Source of the DNA: a virus
DNA length: 64,000 nucleotides
Direction: 5' to 3' (one strand)
IMG/VR virus record: IMGVR_UViG_3300023270_000001
Coordinates: 4,140 to 68,139 of that record
Within the stretch, counting starts at the first letter, position 1. Each line of letters opens with the position of its first letter. This document shows positions 61,547-64,000 of this stretch, piece after piece. The notes under the pieces are model-generated. The model had not been told where the DNA came from. It made no database searches and worked only from the letters and a program-made list of their open reading frames with translations. Both the position numbers and the translations under genes were made by a program.

Positions 61547-61953
61547 TCGCGACGATATCCAAGACGTTCACATTCGACGCAGCCCACCGACTCGACCGGC
61601 TGCCGCCGGAGCACAAGTGCCATCGCATGCACGGGCACACCTACCGTGTCGAGCTCATCCTGAGCGGCCACGTCGCCGATAACGGGTTCCTGCTCGACTA
61701 CGCCGACATCGCCGAGATGTGGGCGCCGCTCCACGAACTGCTTGACCACCGCATCCTCAACGAGGTTCCAGGGCTCGATGTGCCCACCACCGAGAACCTC
61801 GCCGGGTGGATCCTGTCCCGCATCGGCTGGGATGGGCATCTGTCGTTCACCGTCCGCGTATTCGAATCGTCGACGACGTGGTGCGAGATGAAGTACTGCG
61901 ACATCACCCTCGCCGAGGCGCGCTACTTCCGCACCGGCGAGCTTGCTCGATAG
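61543..61953 (+). CDS. queD: 6-carboxytetrahydropterin synthase
   Basis: FDAAH, KCHRMHGHTY, LDH, PTTEN, VFES. Confidence 0.9.
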   Translation: MIATISKTFTFDAAHRLDRLPPEHKCHRMHGHTYRVELILSGHVADNGFLLDYADIAEMWAPLHELLDHRILNEVPGLDVPTTENLAGWILSRIGWDGHLSFTVRVFESSTTWCEMKYCDITLAEARYFRTGELAR

Positions 61954-61983
61954 CTTCGGCATCGAGACATGACGGCCATGCAT

Positions 61984-62313
61984 TCAATGCTGGATCAGAT
62001 CCGCCGTCGTCCCATCAGGGCGAACGAACAGCTTCGCCTGCCCGGGGTACTTCGGATCTGGCTCAGCGACCTCACGAAACGTGTGGATGGTGCCGCACGT
62101 CGAGCACCCGATGGTTTCGCCGATGGTGGCGCGCTCGGGATGATAGGCGCCGATCAACTGCAAGCGACCGACGCCACAGCACAGCACCGGAAGGAACCCG
62201 TGATCGAACAGGCCGTCGTCGTGCAGTTGGCCGGGTTGGCCACGGATGCAGGCGATCTCGTCGTACTTGACCGTTCGGACCTTCCAGGGCTGGCGGAGCT
62301 TGATGCGTCCCAT
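61984..62313 (-). CDS. Small Zn-ribbon protein
   Basis: CCG...CSTCG; start placed at 62313. Confidence 0.5.
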   Translation of the reverse strand: MGRIKLRQPWKVRTVKYDEIACIRGQPGQLHDDGLFDHGFLPVLCCGVGRLQLIGAYHPERATIGETIGCSTCGTIHTFREVAEPDPKYPGQAKLFVRPDGTTADLIQH

Positions 62314-62342
62314 GCCGGCTTGTATAGCACCGCGCCGCGCGT

Positions 62343-62380
62343 ATACTAAATAGTTATTTAGTATCCCCGTTCTATAGAAC
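62343..62380. promoter_or_regulatory. AT-rich double palindrome between divergent genes
   Basis: ATACTAAATA-GT-TATTTAGTAT and GTTCTATAGAAC. Confidence 0.6.
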
Positions 62381-62405
62381 CCATGTGATTTCAAGGAGTT
62401 ACGAG

Positions 62406-62753
62406 ATGAGCACCAAGGTCTGTTTCGAGTACCAACTGCACTGGCCGACGACGGCGCGGCCGGATACGGAGCGAACCGAGCGCTATCGACTAGTGGTCGC
62501 GGCGGACTCCGACGATGGCGATGGGCCGAGCGCCACGATGACGCTGCTCCTTGAGGTCCCCGGGCCGACCGGGGATCCGCAGTGGGTCGATATCTCGGGC
62601 GGCAGCAGCGCCCATCGGCTCATGGCGCCGGTGCTCCTGCGGATGTTCGCCTGGGGCTCCGGAGTCGGGACCTCTAAGCCTCAGATCCGCGAGAACGCAC
62701 ACGGCGTCCGCTTCATCAACCTCGGCCTGCTGAACTACGAGGAGGCGAAGTAG
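62406..62753 (+). CDS. Hypothetical protein
   Basis: AAGGAG RBS. Confidence 0.6.
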   Translation: MSTKVCFEYQLHWPTTARPDTERTERYRLVVAADSDDGDGPSATMTLLLEVPGPTGDPQWVDISGGSSAHRLMAPVLLRMFAWGSGVGTSKPQIRENAHGVRFINLGLLNYEEAK

Positions 62754-62755
62754 TC

Positions 62756-63781
62756 ATGTCTCGCCCGATCCGCATCTATCTCGCGTCCTCGTGGCGCAAC
62801 GCCTATCAGGCCACCGTGCTCTCCGAGCTTCGAGCCGCTGGCTTCGAGGTCTACGACTTCAAGAACCCCGCCCCGGGCAACCAGGGGTTCGGCTGGCGCC
62901 AGACCATCGACCGGCCGATCGCCACCGCGGCCGATCTTCTCGAGGCGCTGGCGCACCCGCGCGCCGTCGCGGGCTTCAAGTTCGACTTCGACGCGATGAA
63001 GTGGGCCGACGTCTGCGTGCTCCTCTTGCCCAGCGGGAATAGCGCACACCTCGAAGCCGGCTGGATGGCCGGCCAGGGGAAGAACGTCGTGGTGCTCGCG
63101 CCCGAATTGAGGGAGCCAGAGTGCCTCGACGACCCCGACGGGCGCACGCCGCTGTTCATGACCACCGCAGAGGTGATCGATCACCTCTGGCGAACGGAGA
63201 TCCTGAAGGCGCCGGCGGCCGGTCTCCGAGCGCCGGCGGAACCACCAAGCCTGTCCACCATCTTCATGGGGCTGCCAAATCCCAACTCAAGCCTGATCAC
63301 CGACGACAAACGCGACGCGATCGCCGCCTTCGCGCGTGATGCCAAGACGCTCCACAACCTCGGGTTCCAGATTCGCTCCGACCGCGGCAAGGTGTTGATG
63401 GCGGTCGACTGGCAGCCTGGCGAGTTCTATGCGCTGACACCTGACGAGGCGCGCACGCTTGCGGTGATGGTCGAGGCGATGGCCGACCTCGCACCGCGGA
63501 CGATTTCGCCGGCCGTGTCGACCAACCCCCTGATCCGCGCGGCTACCGCTACGCCAGCCGTGTTCGCTCATCCGGAATCCGAGCTCGCGCAATTGCGTGA
63601 GTCGGGTCGACTCAGCATGCTCGAAGTCGAGCGCATGCGTCCGGTCTACGAGGCAGCGAAGCGCATGATCCCCGACTGGCATGACACGTCGGGGTCATGG
63701 ACACGCGTCGACGCCATGAACGACCACTGCAACGCGATCACGAAGGCCGTCGAAGCGGCGGAAGCGGCGGTGAAGCGATGA
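62756..63781 (+). CDS. Nucleoside 2-deoxyribosyltransferase-like N-terminal domain plus unknown C-terminal region
   Basis: IYLASSWRN, ADVCVLLLPSGNSAHLEAGW. Confidence 0.7.
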   Translation: MSRPIRIYLASSWRNAYQATVLSELRAAGFEVYDFKNPAPGNQGFGWRQTIDRPIATAADLLEALAHPRAVAGFKFDFDAMKWADVCVLLLPSGNSAHLEAGWMAGQGKNVVVLAPELREPECLDDPDGRTPLFMTTAEVIDHLWRTEILKAPAAGLRAPAEPPSLSTIFMGLPNPNSSLITDDKRDAIAAFARDAKTLHNLGFQIRSDRGKVLMAVDWQPGEFYALTPDEARTLAVMVEAMADLAPRTISPAVSTNPLIRAATATPAVFAHPESELAQLRESGRLSMLEVERMRPVYEAAKRMIPDWHDTSGSWTRVDAMNDHCNAITKAVEAAEAAVKR

Positions 63782-64000
63782 CCCGAGACGACAAGATCGC
63801 CAGCGCACGCGGGGAGGTCATCGACATCCTCAAGCACAAGCGCGCTCGAGAGCATGAGCGTGCGCTTGAACGCGCGCGGAGGCACAGCGAGCGCGCTCGG
63901 CGTCGAGCCGGCTGGGTCAACGCGTTCTCCATGCGCATCACGATCACTCGGCCGCGGGGGTTTCGCGCGTGGCTGATCATGCTGCCCTGGTACATCATGC
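63778..64000 (+). CDS. Hypothetical protein, runs off the window edge
   Basis: ATGA overlap; open to the end. Confidence 0.5.
   Translation, partial: MTRDDKIASARGEVIDILKHKRAREHERALERARRHSERARRRAGWVNAFSMRITITRPRGFRAWLIMLPWYIM

Larger units (their letters stand above)
1..64000. mobile_element. Segment of a large tailless (jelly-roll, internal-membrane type) bacterial virus or provirus; ends not visible
   Basis: Dense phage-like gene organisation with ATGA/GTGA overlaps, integrase, lysins, candidate jelly-roll capsid genes; no host core genes and no terminase/portal/tail genes recognised. Confidence 0.75.

Overview
The window reads as one continuous segment of a large (>64 kb), GC-rich bacterial virus or provirus. 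I see no host housekeeping genes, no rRNA and no CRISPR array. I also see no tailed-phage hallmarks (terminase, portal, HK97 capsid, tail). Instead, the + strand block at about 25-47 kb looks like a tailless, internal-membrane virion module. It has two adjacent candidate single jelly-roll capsid genes (35153-35728, 35865-36488), a protamine-like core protein, a transglutaminase-fold Cys-His-Asp enzyme, about 14 small tail-anchored membrane proteins sharing an N-terminal M-x-Y...[LMVI]-G-[DA] leader, an M23 peptidase and a large repeat fibre. A glycosylation cluster follows (46.8-57 kb). The left part carries a tyrosine recombinase, a kinase and a phosphatase, a lanthipeptide-type precursor peptide missed by the ORF track, lysis genes, a second inverted mini structural module with a third capsid paralog, a solo ParB, a two-frame C5 methyltransferase and a long - strand array of small genes punctuated by repeated hairpin elements. 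The right end has a tRNA-like RNA with a stretched anticodon arm, DUF1643, HNH and a QueD plus TGT/DpdA-like pair. A 13-bp palindrome TTGCCA(C/G)TGGCAA recurs 8 times exactly and 3 times with one mismatch across the window. All family assignments come from motif recognition by eye; no alignment, structure prediction or database search was run.
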